DNA of 64,000 bases from NCBI GenBank assembly GCA_951812955.1, contig OX638340.1, positions 2,240,001 through 2,304,000 of the forward strand, given 5' to 3'. The stretch comes from an uncultured Gemmatimonadota bacterium (GTDB taxonomy: Bacteria; JAAXHH01). Below the pieces are notes generated by a model. That model did not search any database, was not told where the DNA came from, and worked only from the letters and a program-made list of their open reading frames with translations. A program made the translations under genes and the position numbers. This document shows positions 34,711-44,049 of this stretch, piece by piece (position 1 is the stretch's first letter; each line of letters starts with the position of its first letter).

Positions 34711-35118
34711 TCACTCCCCTTGAAATTCCAGACGCACAACGTCAATGCCAAGCGACTCCGCGGCGCGGGCCAATGACCGGTCCAGGGTCAGCAGAGGCGC
34801 ATTGTACCTGATGGCGGTCTCCAGAAAAAAAGCGTCGGCCGCCACTCCCTTCATTCGAGACGCGATCGAAAGGATCTGGGCCATGTCCACGTCCACGTAA
34901 CGTAGCGGGATGTTGCCCAGGATCTCCATGCCTCTGCGCGCCTCCTCGGCGTCGATCCCTTTCTGCCGGATCATGACGGAGAAGGCATGGCAAATCTCCC
35001 ATCGAACGAAATCCGGCGCGATGAGGACGTGACCCGAAGCCGCTTCGGCCAGGGCACCGCGTTCCGGACCCTGCATTACGGATGCAATAATCGCCGATGT
35101 ATCGATGACCATATTCAC
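34711..35118 (-). CDS. vapC: PIN-domain toxin VapC
   Basis: MNMVIDTSAIIASV ... and conserved acidic residues. A strong SD (AAGGGAGG) precedes the GTG start at 35118. Confidence 0.8.
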   Translation of the reverse strand: MNMVIDTSAIIASVMQGPERGALAEAASGHVLIAPDFVRWEICHAFSVMIRQKGIDAEEARRGMEILGNIPLRYVDVDMAQILSIASRMKGVAADAFFLETAIRYNAPLLTLDRSLARAAESLGIDVVRLEFQGE

Positions 35119-35138
35119 GCTGAAACCTCCCTTTTAAT

Positions 35139-35166
35139 ATTGTACAATTGTACATCATTATGTCAA
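35139..35166 (-). promoter_or_regulatory. sigma70-type promoter with an embedded 14-bp perfect palindrome (candidate TA operator)
   Basis: On the minus strand: TTGACA (35166-35161), 16-nt spacer, TACAAT (35144-35139). The palindrome TGTACAATTGTACA occupies 35141-35154. Confidence 0.6.
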
Positions 35167-35490
35167 CAAAAATAACGAAACCCCGTATTTACAGGCCTTT
35201 AGGGGTTGCCGCCGACTTGGCGGCATTGACCAGCGGAGATCACCACAGATGCAATTCATGGTACGTGCGGCCGGCCGATTCAAAGGATTATGACGCAAGA
35301 CGTTCGCGCAATTACCCTTTTTCAGCGGCCATTGTTCACACACCGGTCACACTTATTTCGTTATATTTGAATGGAATGGGCGTTTTTTTAGATACCTTCC
35401 TATTGCCTACGTATCCGGTTGACTTCATGCGGGCTTGGATCCGTCGATCGTAACAGCAGTACGTTAATCACTTCTACGGGGATAGCGATC

Positions 35491-36003
35491 ATGAACGGCA
35501 CATTGAGTGAAGGAAGCAGGCGGGAGTTGACGGACAGGTTCGTTTGTGCGGTGCAGCACCTGGGCCGATTGATGCACAACGGACGGCTTGGCGAACTGAA
35601 GAAACTCGACCTGAACGCCCACCAGGCGGATACCCTGATGTTGCTGTATCATCACGGGCCCACCCGGATGGGGACCCTGGCGAACTACCTGGGGAGTAAA
35701 CTGCCGCACATGTCCCTCATTGTAGGTCACCTGGTCAACAAGGGTTACATTCAACGAAGTTCGGATCCAAAGGACCGGAGAGTGGTTATCTGCGAATTCA
35801 CTGCAAAAGGCAGGAAGGCTGCGCAACAGATCATACAACATACGAGGATACTCGTGAACGAGGTGGCCGAAAAGTGGGATTTCGAACAGTTCGAATCCGT
35901 GGTCGAGTCGCTGGAATCGTTTTGGGACCCAGAATCGGGAGTTCCCGGATCAGCCGTTTCTGGGCAGCGCCAGTCCAGAGACAGGTTGTTGGAAGAGATG
36001 TAA
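35491..36003 (+). CDS. MarR-family transcriptional regulator
   Basis: Winged-helix core LDLNAHQADTLMLLYHHGPTRMGTLANYL ... DPKDRRVVICEFTAKG. ATG at 35491. Confidence 0.8.
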   Translation: MNGTLSEGSRRELTDRFVCAVQHLGRLMHNGRLGELKKLDLNAHQADTLMLLYHHGPTRMGTLANYLGSKLPHMSLIVGHLVNKGYIQRSSDPKDRRVVICEFTAKGRKAAQQIIQHTRILVNEVAEKWDFEQFESVVESLESFWDPESGVPGSAVSGQRQSRDRLLEEM

Positions 36004-36170
36004 TCCCAGATATGGCAGGCCAGTTCAATGCAGGGTGAAGCAGCCGGCGATCCGACTGTTGCCATTGCGCCCGAAGCCGGATCTGCGTGACCGGCGTCAG
36101 TTGGAACTACTTCGGCAATAAATAGTCCGCCAGAACATCGAGGTCGATTGGGGCGTCCCGCCCTAATTCT

Positions 36171-36222
36171 CCGACCCGCCCCTACATCCGACCCGCCCTT
36201 ACCACCGACCCGCCCACACCCC
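36171..36222. repeat. 17-bp x3 tandem repeat (ccgacccgcc core)
   Basis: ccgacccgcccctacat / ccgacccgcccttacca / ccgacccgcccacaccc, in the spacer between the MarR paralogs. Confidence 0.8.
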
Positions 36223-36283
36223 CGGCCCAACCGGGAGAGTACAGATTCCTACCATATCCTTGGCCATCCGGCACTGCTCGGCT

Positions 36284-36404
36284 GGCCGTCCATTTCCGCC
36301 GCCGAGACGGCTGTCCGCTTTCGCCCCAGTCGGCCGTCCATTTCCGCCGCCGAGACGGCTGTCCGCTTTCGCTCCAGTCGGCCGTCCGCTTTCGCCCCAG
36401 TCGG
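36284..36404. repeat. 48-bp x2.5 tandem repeat
   Basis: ggccgtccatttccgccgccgagacggctgtccgctttcgccccagtc (36284-36331), a copy with one mismatch (36332-36379), and a truncated third unit (36380-36404). Each full unit contains the inverted repeat GCCGTC ... GACGGC. Confidence 0.95.
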
Positions 36405-36698
36405 ATCGCGGAACGGCACGCCTGCGGCAATAAAGTTTAATTTGACAAATGTTATTTTACTGGATAGTTTCCATACAGTTTTGTTCGAACTTTGTTTGGA
36501 ACTTCGGTTTATCTCCAGGGCATTCCCCGCCCCGGAGCATTCAACGTGAATTTACACACGTAAAACCGGTTCGATTCAAGGGACTACAACAAGCGGTTTC
36601 CAGACAGGGCCGAGCGTCCCGTGGCATTACCAGAAACACGGAATCGCGGGGTCCCGCGGAAAGCGTGCCGATCCAACCACTCTCATGGTTCTGGGTGA

Positions 36699-37181
36699 AT
36701 GAACGTGGAGAACGAATTCAGGCAGGACATCTCGAACCGCTACTTGAAGTCCGTGGAAGAAATCAACCGGATCATGTACAGCGGCCGTCTGCATGAGTGG
36801 CAGGGGATGGATCTATCGATTTCCCAGTTCAATACCCTTGTCATGCTGAAGCAGATGGGACCGATGCGCATGGGTATGATTTCCTACTATCTGAAGAACA
36901 CGCTTGCCGCCACCACATCGATCGTAGACCGTCTGGAGAACAAGGACCTGGTGATTCGGACCAAGGATCCCGAAGACAGAAGAGTGGTCATCTGCGAATT
37001 GACGGAACACGGGCAGAAAGCAACGGAGCGATTCTGGCGAGTCGCGCGGGAGGCGGCCTTGAGGGTAGCCAGCAAGTGGGACCTGAAGCAGTTCGAATCA
37101 GTGGTCGAGGCGCTGGAACTGGTCTTGCAGACCCATAAGGAGATCGTTCAGTCCGGCACATCTACAAAGCCTGCCGAATAA
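36699..37181 (+). CDS. MarR-family transcriptional regulator (paralog of 35491-36003)
   Basis: MDLSISQFNTLVMLKQMGPMRMGMISYYL ... DPEDRRVVICELTEHG ... KWDLKQFESVVEALE parallels the first paralog (KWDFEQFESVVESLE). Confidence 0.8.
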   Translation: MNVENEFRQDISNRYLKSVEEINRIMYSGRLHEWQGMDLSISQFNTLVMLKQMGPMRMGMISYYLKNTLAATTSIVDRLENKDLVIRTKDPEDRRVVICELTEHGQKATERFWRVAREAALRVASKWDLKQFESVVEALELVLQTHKEIVQSGTSTKPAE

Positions 37182-37218
37182 CCCACGCAACAATCTACTA
37201 AGCCTGCCAAATAACCAC
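37160..37218. repeat. 33-bp-period tandem duplication spanning the MarR-2 stop codon
   Basis: atctacaaagcctgccgaaTAAcccac (37160-37186, stop at 37179-37181) versus atctactaagcctgccaaaTAAccac (37193-37218). Confidence 0.85.
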
Positions 37219-37223
37219 TGACA

Positions 37224-38195
37224 TCAAGATGAAGAAGAACAGGTAAGCATGAAGTGCCGCGCAGCGCCGATGATGCCGGCGTCGTCGCCGAGTTTGGCAG
37301 GCACGATCCGCAGTATGCCGGCCGACCACTTGTAGGCCCGCCGCGCCACCTCGGCGCCGATGGGATTGAAGATTAGATCGCCCGCCTTAATCACGCCGCC
37401 TCCAATAACGATCAATTCGGGATTCAGCAGGTTGGTGAGGCTGGAAACGGCCGTACCGAGCAGCGTGGCGGACCGGTGCATCACTTCCCGCGCCGTATCG
37501 TCGCCCTGGCCGGCGGCCTCGGCGACCATGGCCGCATCGATTCGGTCCAGGTTGCCCCCGCTCATTTCCCTTAATACGCTCTTCCGGCGACCGTGCACCA
37601 GTTCCCGCGCCTGTTCGGCGATGGCCGTCGCCGAAGCATAGGCTTCCAGGCATCCCGGCGCGCCGCAGCCACACATCCTGCCGTTCTCCACGACGGTCAT
37701 ATGGCCGATCTCGCCGCCCGCGCCGTTGGAGCCGCGCCAGACTTCGTTGTTCATGATGATCGCGCCGCCCACGCCCGTCCCCAGGGTAATACATATGACG
37801 TTCGCCTTGCCGGCGGCGGCGCCTACCCAGTGCTCCCCGATGGCCGCGGCGTTGGCGTCGTTCTCGATCGTCACCGGCAGTCCCAGGCGTTCACGGAGGA
37901 TCGACTGGAGCGGAAGATCCACCCATTCCGGCACGTTCGGCGCGTATACCACGATCCCTGAATCCTCCGGAATCAACCCGGGCGTACCCACGCCCACGCC
38001 GGCCACGCGGCCCCTTCCGCAGGAGTCCATGGTCATCTCGACGCAGGTCACCAGCCGGTCGATCACCTCGCCGGCGGTGCGGCTGCCCGATATGGATTGC
38101 CAGGCCCTGTGGGATATGCGGCCGCCGTCGTCCACTACGGCGCTGTTGACATTGGTCCCCCCCAGGTCCACGCCTATGACCAGGTCTCGCTTCAT
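37224..38195 (-). CDS. ROK-family glucokinase
   Basis: MKRDLVIGVDLGGTNVNSAVV, the ROK Zn motif GRMCGCGAPGCLEAYAS, and an ATG overlapping the gpmI stop (ATGA). The 808-aa ORF-track entry is real only in its last 323 codons. Confidence 0.85.
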   Translation of the reverse strand: MKRDLVIGVDLGGTNVNSAVVDDGGRISHRAWQSISGSRTAGEVIDRLVTCVEMTMDSCGRGRVAGVGVGTPGLIPEDSGIVVYAPNVPEWVDLPLQSILRERLGLPVTIENDANAAAIGEHWVGAAAGKANVICITLGTGVGGAIIMNNEVWRGSNGAGGEIGHMTVVENGRMCGCGAPGCLEAYASATAIAEQARELVHGRRKSVLREMSGGNLDRIDAAMVAEAAGQGDDTAREVMHRSATLLGTAVSSLTNLLNPELIVIGGGVIKAGDLIFNPIGAEVARRAYKWSAGILRIVPAKLGDDAGIIGAARHFMLTCSSSS

Positions 38196-39754
38196 GCCCG
38201 TTCCCTGCTTCCGGCCAGGTCCACGCCCGACATCGGCTCCGGAGCGGGTATGCCTATCATGGACAGCACGGTCGGCGCCACGTCCGCCAGCCGGCCACCG
38301 TCGCGAAGACGCGCGTTTCTCCCGGAATCGTCGACAAGGATGAGCGGCACGGGATTCGTAGTGTGTGCGGTATGGGGCGTGGAGGTGACGGGATCCACCA
38401 TCATCTCCGCGTTGCCGTGGTCCGCCGTGACGATCGCCCCGCCGCCGGCCGACCCGACCGCGTCCATTACCTCTCCCAGGCACCGGTCGACCGTCTCCAC
38501 GGCCGCAACCGCCGCGGGGAGCGAACCCGTATGGCCCACCATGTCCGGATTGGCGAAATTCACCAGCACGAAATCGTATTCCCCGCCGCGAAGGGCGCCG
38601 GCCACGCGGGATGCGACCTCGGGCGCGCTCATTTCGGGCTTCTCGTCGTAGGTGGCCACGTCCCGCGGAGAGGGGACCATTAACCGGTCCTCGCCGTCGA
38701 AAGGCCGCTCGTCGCCTCCGTTGAAGAAATAGGTGACGTGGGGGTATTTCTCCGTTTCCGCCACGCGCAGTTGCCTCCGTCCGGCACGGCTGATCGTTTC
38801 CCCCAGAATACAGGCCATGGGCTCGGGTGGACGGAAGGCGCAAGGCACATCGAAACGTGCATCGTAGGGCGTCATGGTGGCGACGCGTACGTCCGGCACG
38901 GTTCCGCGGCAGAAACCGTCGAAGTCCTCCTCGATGAAGGTCCGGACGATCTGGCGTCCTCGGTCCGCCCGGTAATTGAAGACGATCACCGCGTCGCCAT
39001 CCGCCATCGTCCCGGCGGGGCCGTCCCGCGTCGCCCCGATCACGGTGGGCGATACGAATTCGTCGGTTTCGCCCCGGTCGTAAGCCGCCTGGATCGCCTC
39101 CGCCGCGGAACCGGCCCGGTTCCCCTTTCCCGCGGTGAAGAGATCGTAGGCCCTGCGCACCCGATCCCACCGGTTGTCCCGGTCCATGGCGTAGAAACGT
39201 CCGGTCACGGTGGCGATGCGGCCCGTACCGAGCCGTTCGATAGTCTCCTGCAGCGTCCGCAGATAGGCCGGCGCGCTTCGGGGCGCCGTATCGCGGCCGT
39301 CCACGACTGCGTGCACCAGGACGCGGTCTCCTGTGAATCCCTGGCGGGAGGCCAGTTCCAGTAGCGTCAGGTAGTGTTTTTCGGCGCTGTGGACCAGTCC
39401 GTTCGATGTGAGTCCCAGCAGGTGCAGCCTGCCGCCCGTTCCACGGAGCCGTTCCAGGATTGCGGCAAACGCCGCGTTCTCGAAGAACCTGCCGTCGTCG
39501 ATGGCCTCGTTGATCCGGGTGACTTCCTGCCGCACCACCCGCCCGGCGCCCAGGTTGAGGTGGCCGACTTCCGAGTTGCCCATGATACCGGGAGGAAGAC
39601 CCACGTCTACACCCGATGCACTCAGCATGGTGTGAGGATACCGTTGCCACAGCCTGTCGAAGTTCGGCGTCTCCGCCAGCAAAACGGCGTTGGCGTCGCC
39701 GCGGGGGGCGATGCCCCAGCCGTCCAGGATGACAAGCGCGACGGGAGGATTCAT
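38192..39754 (-). CDS. gpmI: 2,3-bisphosphoglycerate-independent phosphoglycerate mutase
   Basis: VALVILDGWG, MGNSEVGHLNLGAGR, and C-terminal TADHGNAE. Start chosen at the ATG at 39754. Confidence 0.95.
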   Translation of the reverse strand: MNPPVALVILDGWGIAPRGDANAVLLAETPNFDRLWQRYPHTMLSASGVDVGLPPGIMGNSEVGHLNLGAGRVVRQEVTRINEAIDDGRFFENAAFAAILERLRGTGGRLHLLGLTSNGLVHSAEKHYLTLLELASRQGFTGDRVLVHAVVDGRDTAPRSAPAYLRTLQETIERLGTGRIATVTGRFYAMDRDNRWDRVRRAYDLFTAGKGNRAGSAAEAIQAAYDRGETDEFVSPTVIGATRDGPAGTMADGDAVIVFNYRADRGRQIVRTFIEEDFDGFCRGTVPDVRVATMTPYDARFDVPCAFRPPEPMACILGETISRAGRRQLRVAETEKYPHVTYFFNGGDERPFDGEDRLMVPSPRDVATYDEKPEMSAPEVASRVAGALRGGEYDFVLVNFANPDMVGHTGSLPAAVAAVETVDRCLGEVMDAVGSAGGGAIVTADHGNAEMMVDPVTSTPHTAHTTNPVPLILVDDSGRNARLRDGGRLADVAPTVLSMIGIPAPEPMSGVDLAGSRERA

Positions 39755-39824
39755 ATGGAAGTACGTACTCCGGACGTATCGATTCGGGTACCCATTACCC
39801 TTCTGGCGAAGGGCCAATTATGAA

Positions 39825-39852
39825 GAAAACGCGGAAGTCACTCCGCGTTTTC
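39825..39852 (-). terminator. intrinsic terminator downstream of the HtrA gene
   Basis: Perfect 11-bp stem GAAAACGCGGA / TCCGCGTTTTC with a 6-nt loop. On the minus strand the stem ends in GTTTTC and is followed by TTCATAATT. Confidence 0.6.
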
Positions 39853-39888
39853 TGATGTGTCGATCGATATTCCGTAGATCAATTTGTG

Positions 39889-41370
39889 TTATTCTTCGGG
39901 GATCCGCAGGCCGATAAGAAACTGCGCATTGCCCCGCTGTATCCTGAATCGGATGGCCTGGCCGGGTTCGAATTCTCGGACGATGCCTAGGAATTCCTGT
40001 ACGCTGGACACCGACTCGCCGTTCACCTCGCGGATCAGGTCGCCCCGTTGCAGTCTCTTGTCCTCGGCCACGCTGCCCGCGCGAACCTGGGTGATCACCA
40101 CGCCCGAACCCGCCTCGTAGAAACGAGACCACTCCCGCGTCACATCCATGACGTCGATGCCGAGGTTGGTCGCGGGGCTCCTTCTGGGTTCGCTCGTCGA
40201 CGCGACGCGGGTCGGATCTCCATCGGGTAACTCGCCAAGTTCCAGCGCGATCGTCACCGGCGATCCTTCCCGTACGACCTCGATCTCAATTTCCGTCCCC
40301 GGAGCGATATCCGCGATCCGTTTCCGCAGGTCGTCCACGTCTTCCACGTCTTCCCCGTCGACCGCGACGATGACATCCTCCACCTGGAGATCGGAGTCGA
40401 TCGCCGGTCCGTCATCCACGATGTTGCTTATGAGCGCTCCCGCCTTGCTGTCCAGGCCCATGGATTCGGCCACGATCTCATCCAAATCTGCGATTTCCAC
40501 CCCCAGGTACCCGCGGCTCACGCGTCCGTCCTCGACCAGCCGGGTCATGATGTCCCGGGCCATGTTGGCCGGAACCGCGAAGCCGACGCCCTGGTACCCG
40601 CCGGTCCGGGTGGAAATGGCGGTGTTGATGCCCATGAGGTTCCCTTCCAGGTCGACCAGCGCGCCTCCGCTGTTCCCCGGATTGATGGCGGCGTCCGTCT
40701 GGATGAAGTTCTCGTAAGAGTTCGGTTCCAGTACGCGTCCCCGGCCCTTGGCGCTGACGATGCCCGCCGTGACGGTATGGTTCAGTCCGAAGGGATTGCC
40801 CACGGCCAGCACCCACTCGCCGACCCTCAACTTGTCCGAATCGCCAAAGGCCAACACGGGAAGATTATCGAAATCGATCTTGATGACGGCAAGATCTGTA
40901 CGGGGATCCAGTCCGACGATCTCCGCCTCCGTCTCCCGTTCGTCCGACAATTGAACGGTCAGTTTCTCCGCGTTTTCCACCACGTGGTTGTTCGTCACGA
41001 TGTAGCCGTCTTTCGACACGATCACCCCGGACCCCAGACCCTGGAACGGCCGCGGCCGTTGATTTCCCGGCGGTCCGCCGCCGAAAAACTCTTCGAAGGG
41101 ATTCCTGAACCGCTGCTGCGTCTGCGCGACCGCGCGTTTGCTCGTGATGAGTACAACGGAAGGCTTGACCCGCTCCGCGATGGTGGCGAAGGTCTCGCTG
41201 AATTCCTGCATCGACCGCTGGTCAGCGGCGACGACCGGTGTTATCGACCTGTTCTCGTCCTGTTCGACAATGGAGGCGTCCCAGTTGGAAATGAACAGGC
41301 CGCCGAGTACCATGCCCGTGATGAGCAGCGCCGCGCCGGCGAAGCCTCCTATATTCCTTTTCTCCGTCAT
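39889..41370 (-). CDS. HtrA/DegP-family periplasmic serine protease with two PDZ domains
   Basis: N-terminal TM/signal anchor, catalytic-Ser context INPGNSGGALVDLEGNLMGINTA, and two PDZ-like C-terminal modules. Confidence 0.9.
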   Translation of the reverse strand: MTEKRNIGGFAGAALLITGMVLGGLFISNWDASIVEQDENRSITPVVAADQRSMQEFSETFATIAERVKPSVVLITSKRAVAQTQQRFRNPFEEFFGGGPPGNQRPRPFQGLGSGVIVSKDGYIVTNNHVVENAEKLTVQLSDERETEAEIVGLDPRTDLAVIKIDFDNLPVLAFGDSDKLRVGEWVLAVGNPFGLNHTVTAGIVSAKGRGRVLEPNSYENFIQTDAAINPGNSGGALVDLEGNLMGINTAISTRTGGYQGVGFAVPANMARDIMTRLVEDGRVSRGYLGVEIADLDEIVAESMGLDSKAGALISNIVDDGPAIDSDLQVEDVIVAVDGEDVEDVDDLRKRIADIAPGTEIEIEVVREGSPVTIALELGELPDGDPTRVASTSEPRRSPATNLGIDVMDVTREWSRFYEAGSGVVITQVRAGSVAEDKRLQRGDLIREVNGESVSSVQEFLGIVREFEPGQAIRFRIQRGNAQFLIGLRIPEE

Positions 41371-41420
41371 GCTCGATCTCCCTTTCTATGCTGTTTTTGC
41401 CCTGCCATTTACAACTATGC

Positions 41421-41449
41421 ATAATACCGGGCACGCGTCCCGGCGTCAA
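41421..41449 (-). promoter_or_regulatory. sigma70-type promoter for the HtrA gene
   Basis: On the minus strand: TTGACG (41449-41444), 17-nt spacer, TATTAT (41426-41421), about 50 nt upstream of the start at 41370. The spacer ccgggacgcgtgcccgg is itself near-palindromic. Confidence 0.5.
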
Positions 41450-41541
41450 ACGATTACGGTCTATCTGCGACTGCCTCTTCCCCTTCCCATCCGGTTTCGC
41501 CAAGCGTCAGTCCGCCGGCCACACCCCGCGCTTCGAGCAAT

Positions 41542-41635
41542 TCCTGCCTCAGTTCAGATTCGCGTCCCGGGTCGAAACGGTCACGCCGTCCTGCCTCAGT
41601 TCAGATTCGCGTCCCGGGTCGAAACGGTCACGCCG
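41542..41635. repeat. perfect 47-bp x2 tandem duplication spanning the lon stop codon
   Basis: tcctgcctcagttcagattcgcgtcccgggtcgaaacggtcacgccg occurs at 41542-41588 and again, identically, at 41589-41635. The lon stop (tca at 41596-41598) lies in the second copy. Confidence 0.97.
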
Positions 41636-44049
41636 CCTTGCATGGACTCCACCCAGGTCCCGTCGCTTTCCGGGGTGTCGGCGGGTTCATCCATGAGCGC
41701 CAGTTCCAGGACCTGGTCGATATGGTCGACCAGGCAGAACCCGAGCTTCTCCTTAACGGCCGCGGGGACGTCGTCCAGGTCTTTCTCGTTCCGGCGGGGC
41801 AGGATGATGGTGGTGATACCGGCCCGCATCGCGCCGAGGACCTTCTCCTTGACGCCGCCGACCGGCATGACCTTCCCGCGCAGAGTGACCTCGCCGGTCA
41901 TGGCCAGATCGTTTCGTACCGGCCGGCCCGTGAGCAGGGAGGTCAGCACCGTCACGAGCGCCACGCCGGCGGACGGACCGTCCTTGGGGATAGCACCCAC
42001 GGGCAGATGGATATGTATGTCGTGCCGACCGAAGAACGCCGGGTCGATCTGCCATTCCTCGGCGTGCGACCTGACGTAGGTCATTGCGGCCCGGGCGGAT
42101 TCCTTCATCACGTCGCCCAGTTGGCCCGTAAGCGTCAGCCCCTTTCTGCCGGGCATCTTGCTGGCTTCGACAAACATGATCTCGCCGCCGGCCGGGGTCC
42201 AGGCCAGCCCGATCGCCACGCCGGGGTCTCCGGTGCGTTCCGCGGTCTCGGAGAAGTACTCGGGCGGACCCAGGTGCCGGTGCAGGTCACCTTCGGAAAT
42301 CTGGAAGGGTGGAGCCTGCCCTTCGGCGACCGAACGGGCCGATTTGCGGGCGACTGTGCGGATCTTCCGCTCCAGGTTGCGCAGGCCCGCCTCCCGGGTA
42401 TAATCGGAGATGATCCGGGCGATCGCCCGGTCGTCAAGACGCAGGTCATCCGTGGACAACCCGTGCGACTCCAGTTCCCTGGGAACGAGGTAGCGCCGCG
42501 CGATTTCGACCTTCTCCTCTTCCGTGTATCCCGACAGCTCGATGATCTCCATGCGGTCGCGCAGCGGCTCCGGTATGCCGGCCAGCATATTGGCAGTGGT
42601 CACGAACATGACGTTGGACAGGTCGAAGGGCAGATCGATGTAGTGATCGGTAAAGGTGTCGTTCTGTTCCGGGTCGAGCACTTCGAGCAGCGCGGAGGAG
42701 GGGTCTCCCCGGAAATCCCGGCCGAGCTTGTCGATCTCGTCCAGCATGAAGACCGGGTTGTTGGTGCCCGCCTTGCGGATGCTCTGGATGATGCGTCCCG
42801 GCAACGCGCCGATGTAGGTCCTGCGGTGTCCCCTGATCTCAGCCTCGTCATGCACACCGCCCAGCGATATGCGCACGAACCGTCGGCCCAGGGCGCGGGC
42901 GATCGACTTGCCGAGCGAGGTCTTGCCCACCCCCGGCGGACCCGCGAAACACAGGATGGAACCCTTCAGGTCCGGCTTCAGGCTCCGCACGGCCAGGTGT
43001 TCGAGGACGCGGTCCTTGATCTTCTCGAGGCCGTAGTGGTCTTCGTCCAGGATTTCCCGGGCCCGCTCGATGTCCAACTGATCATCCGATGAAACGGACC
43101 AGGGCAGCTCCGACAGCCACTCGAGATAGGTCCGCAGTGTCGAATACTCCGGAGAGACGGTCGGAATGCGCTCCAACCTTTTGAGTTCGCGCTCCGCTTC
43201 CGCCCGGGCCTCGCCAGGCAGGCCGGCTTCCTCGATCTTCTCGCGCAGGTCGGACAGGTCCTCGCCCTGTCCTTCGCCGTCTTCTCCGAGCTCCCGTTGT
43301 ATGGCCTTCATCTGCTCGCGGAGATAGTACTCGCGCTGTGCCTTGCCCATCTTGTCCTCGACCTGCGACTGGATGCGGCTGCCCGTCTCCGCCACTTCGA
43401 TCTCCCGGGTTATCAGGAATGTCAGCGCCTTCAGCCTTCCCTTGACATCGCTCAATTCCAGCATGGCCTGCTGGTCTTCGAGGGAAATCTTCAGATTGAA
43501 GGCGATGAAATCGGCCATTTTGGATGGCTGGTCCTCCAGGTTGAGCAGGGGGATGCGCAGCTCTTCGGACATGGTCGGGACCAGTTCGATCAGCCGCTGG
43601 AACTGCTCCGCCAGGTTGTGGGCCAGTGCCTTGCCTTCCATGGACTCATGTTTCTGCTCAGCCTGGAGTTCCACCCGGACGCGCATGATCGGCTCGGTTT
43701 CGAGCACGTCCAGTACACGTGCGCGGGCCACCCCGTGGACCACCGCGTGGAGGCTGTCTTCCGGCAGCTTCATCATCTTGTATATCCGAACCAGCGTACC
43801 GAATTTGTAGAGATCTTCGGGCGACGGCTGGTCCGTGTCCGGGTCCCGCTGCGCCAGGACCATGACCATCTTGTCCTGTTGTAGCGCCTCGTCCAGCGCC
43901 TTGACAGAACCCGTCCGGTCGGCTACCAGCGCGGCCGCCATATGGGGATACACGATCAGGTTGCGCACCGGCAGCACGGCGATGGACTCGATTACCGAGT
44001 TCTCCTGCAGGTTCAACGGTACTTCCTGGAGCGCCTTGATTTCAGCCAT
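41596..44049 (-). CDS. lon: ATP-dependent Lon protease
   Basis: Walker A GPPGVGKTSLGKSIA, catalytic-Ser context PKDGPSAGVALVT, and an N-terminal LON substrate-binding domain. Confidence 0.95.
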   Translation of the reverse strand: MAEIKALQEVPLNLQENSVIESIAVLPVRNLIVYPHMAAALVADRTGSVKALDEALQQDKMVMVLAQRDPDTDQPSPEDLYKFGTLVRIYKMMKLPEDSLHAVVHGVARARVLDVLETEPIMRVRVELQAEQKHESMEGKALAHNLAEQFQRLIELVPTMSEELRIPLLNLEDQPSKMADFIAFNLKISLEDQQAMLELSDVKGRLKALTFLITREIEVAETGSRIQSQVEDKMGKAQREYYLREQMKAIQRELGEDGEGQGEDLSDLREKIEEAGLPGEARAEAERELKRLERIPTVSPEYSTLRTYLEWLSELPWSVSSDDQLDIERAREILDEDHYGLEKIKDRVLEHLAVRSLKPDLKGSILCFAGPPGVGKTSLGKSIARALGRRFVRISLGGVHDEAEIRGHRRTYIGALPGRIIQSIRKAGTNNPVFMLDEIDKLGRDFRGDPSSALLEVLDPEQNDTFTDHYIDLPFDLSNVMFVTTANMLAGIPEPLRDRMEIIELSGYTEEEKVEIARRYLVPRELESHGLSTDDLRLDDRAIARIISDYTREAGLRNLERKIRTVARKSARSVAEGQAPPFQISEGDLHRHLGPPEYFSETAERTGDPGVAIGLAWTPAGGEIMFVEASKMPGRKGLTLTGQLGDVMKESARAAMTYVRSHAEEWQIDPAFFGRHDIHIHLPVGAIPKDGPSAGVALVTVLTSLLTGRPVRNDLAMTGEVTLRGKVMPVGGVKEKVLGAMRAGITTIILPRRNEKDLDDVPAAVKEKLGFCLVDHIDQVLELALMDEPADTPESDGTWVESMQGGVTVSTRDANLN

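Noticed and set aside
36284-36404. Possibility that the tandem arrays (here and at 44552-44647 and 57695-57842) are CRISPR arrays
   Set aside because: The units are contiguous with no unique spacers, they are degenerate, there are only 2-4 copies, and there are no cas genes.
38196-39650. N-terminal 485 residues of the 808-aa ORF 37224-39650
   Set aside because: This part is an out-of-frame read through gpmI. Only the last 323 codons, from the ATG at 38195 (MKRDLVIGVDLGG...), form the ROK kinase.
41638-43092. 484-aa plus-strand ORF antisense to lon
   Set aside because: Shadow ORF. The Lon Walker A and catalytic Ser motifs are on the minus strand.
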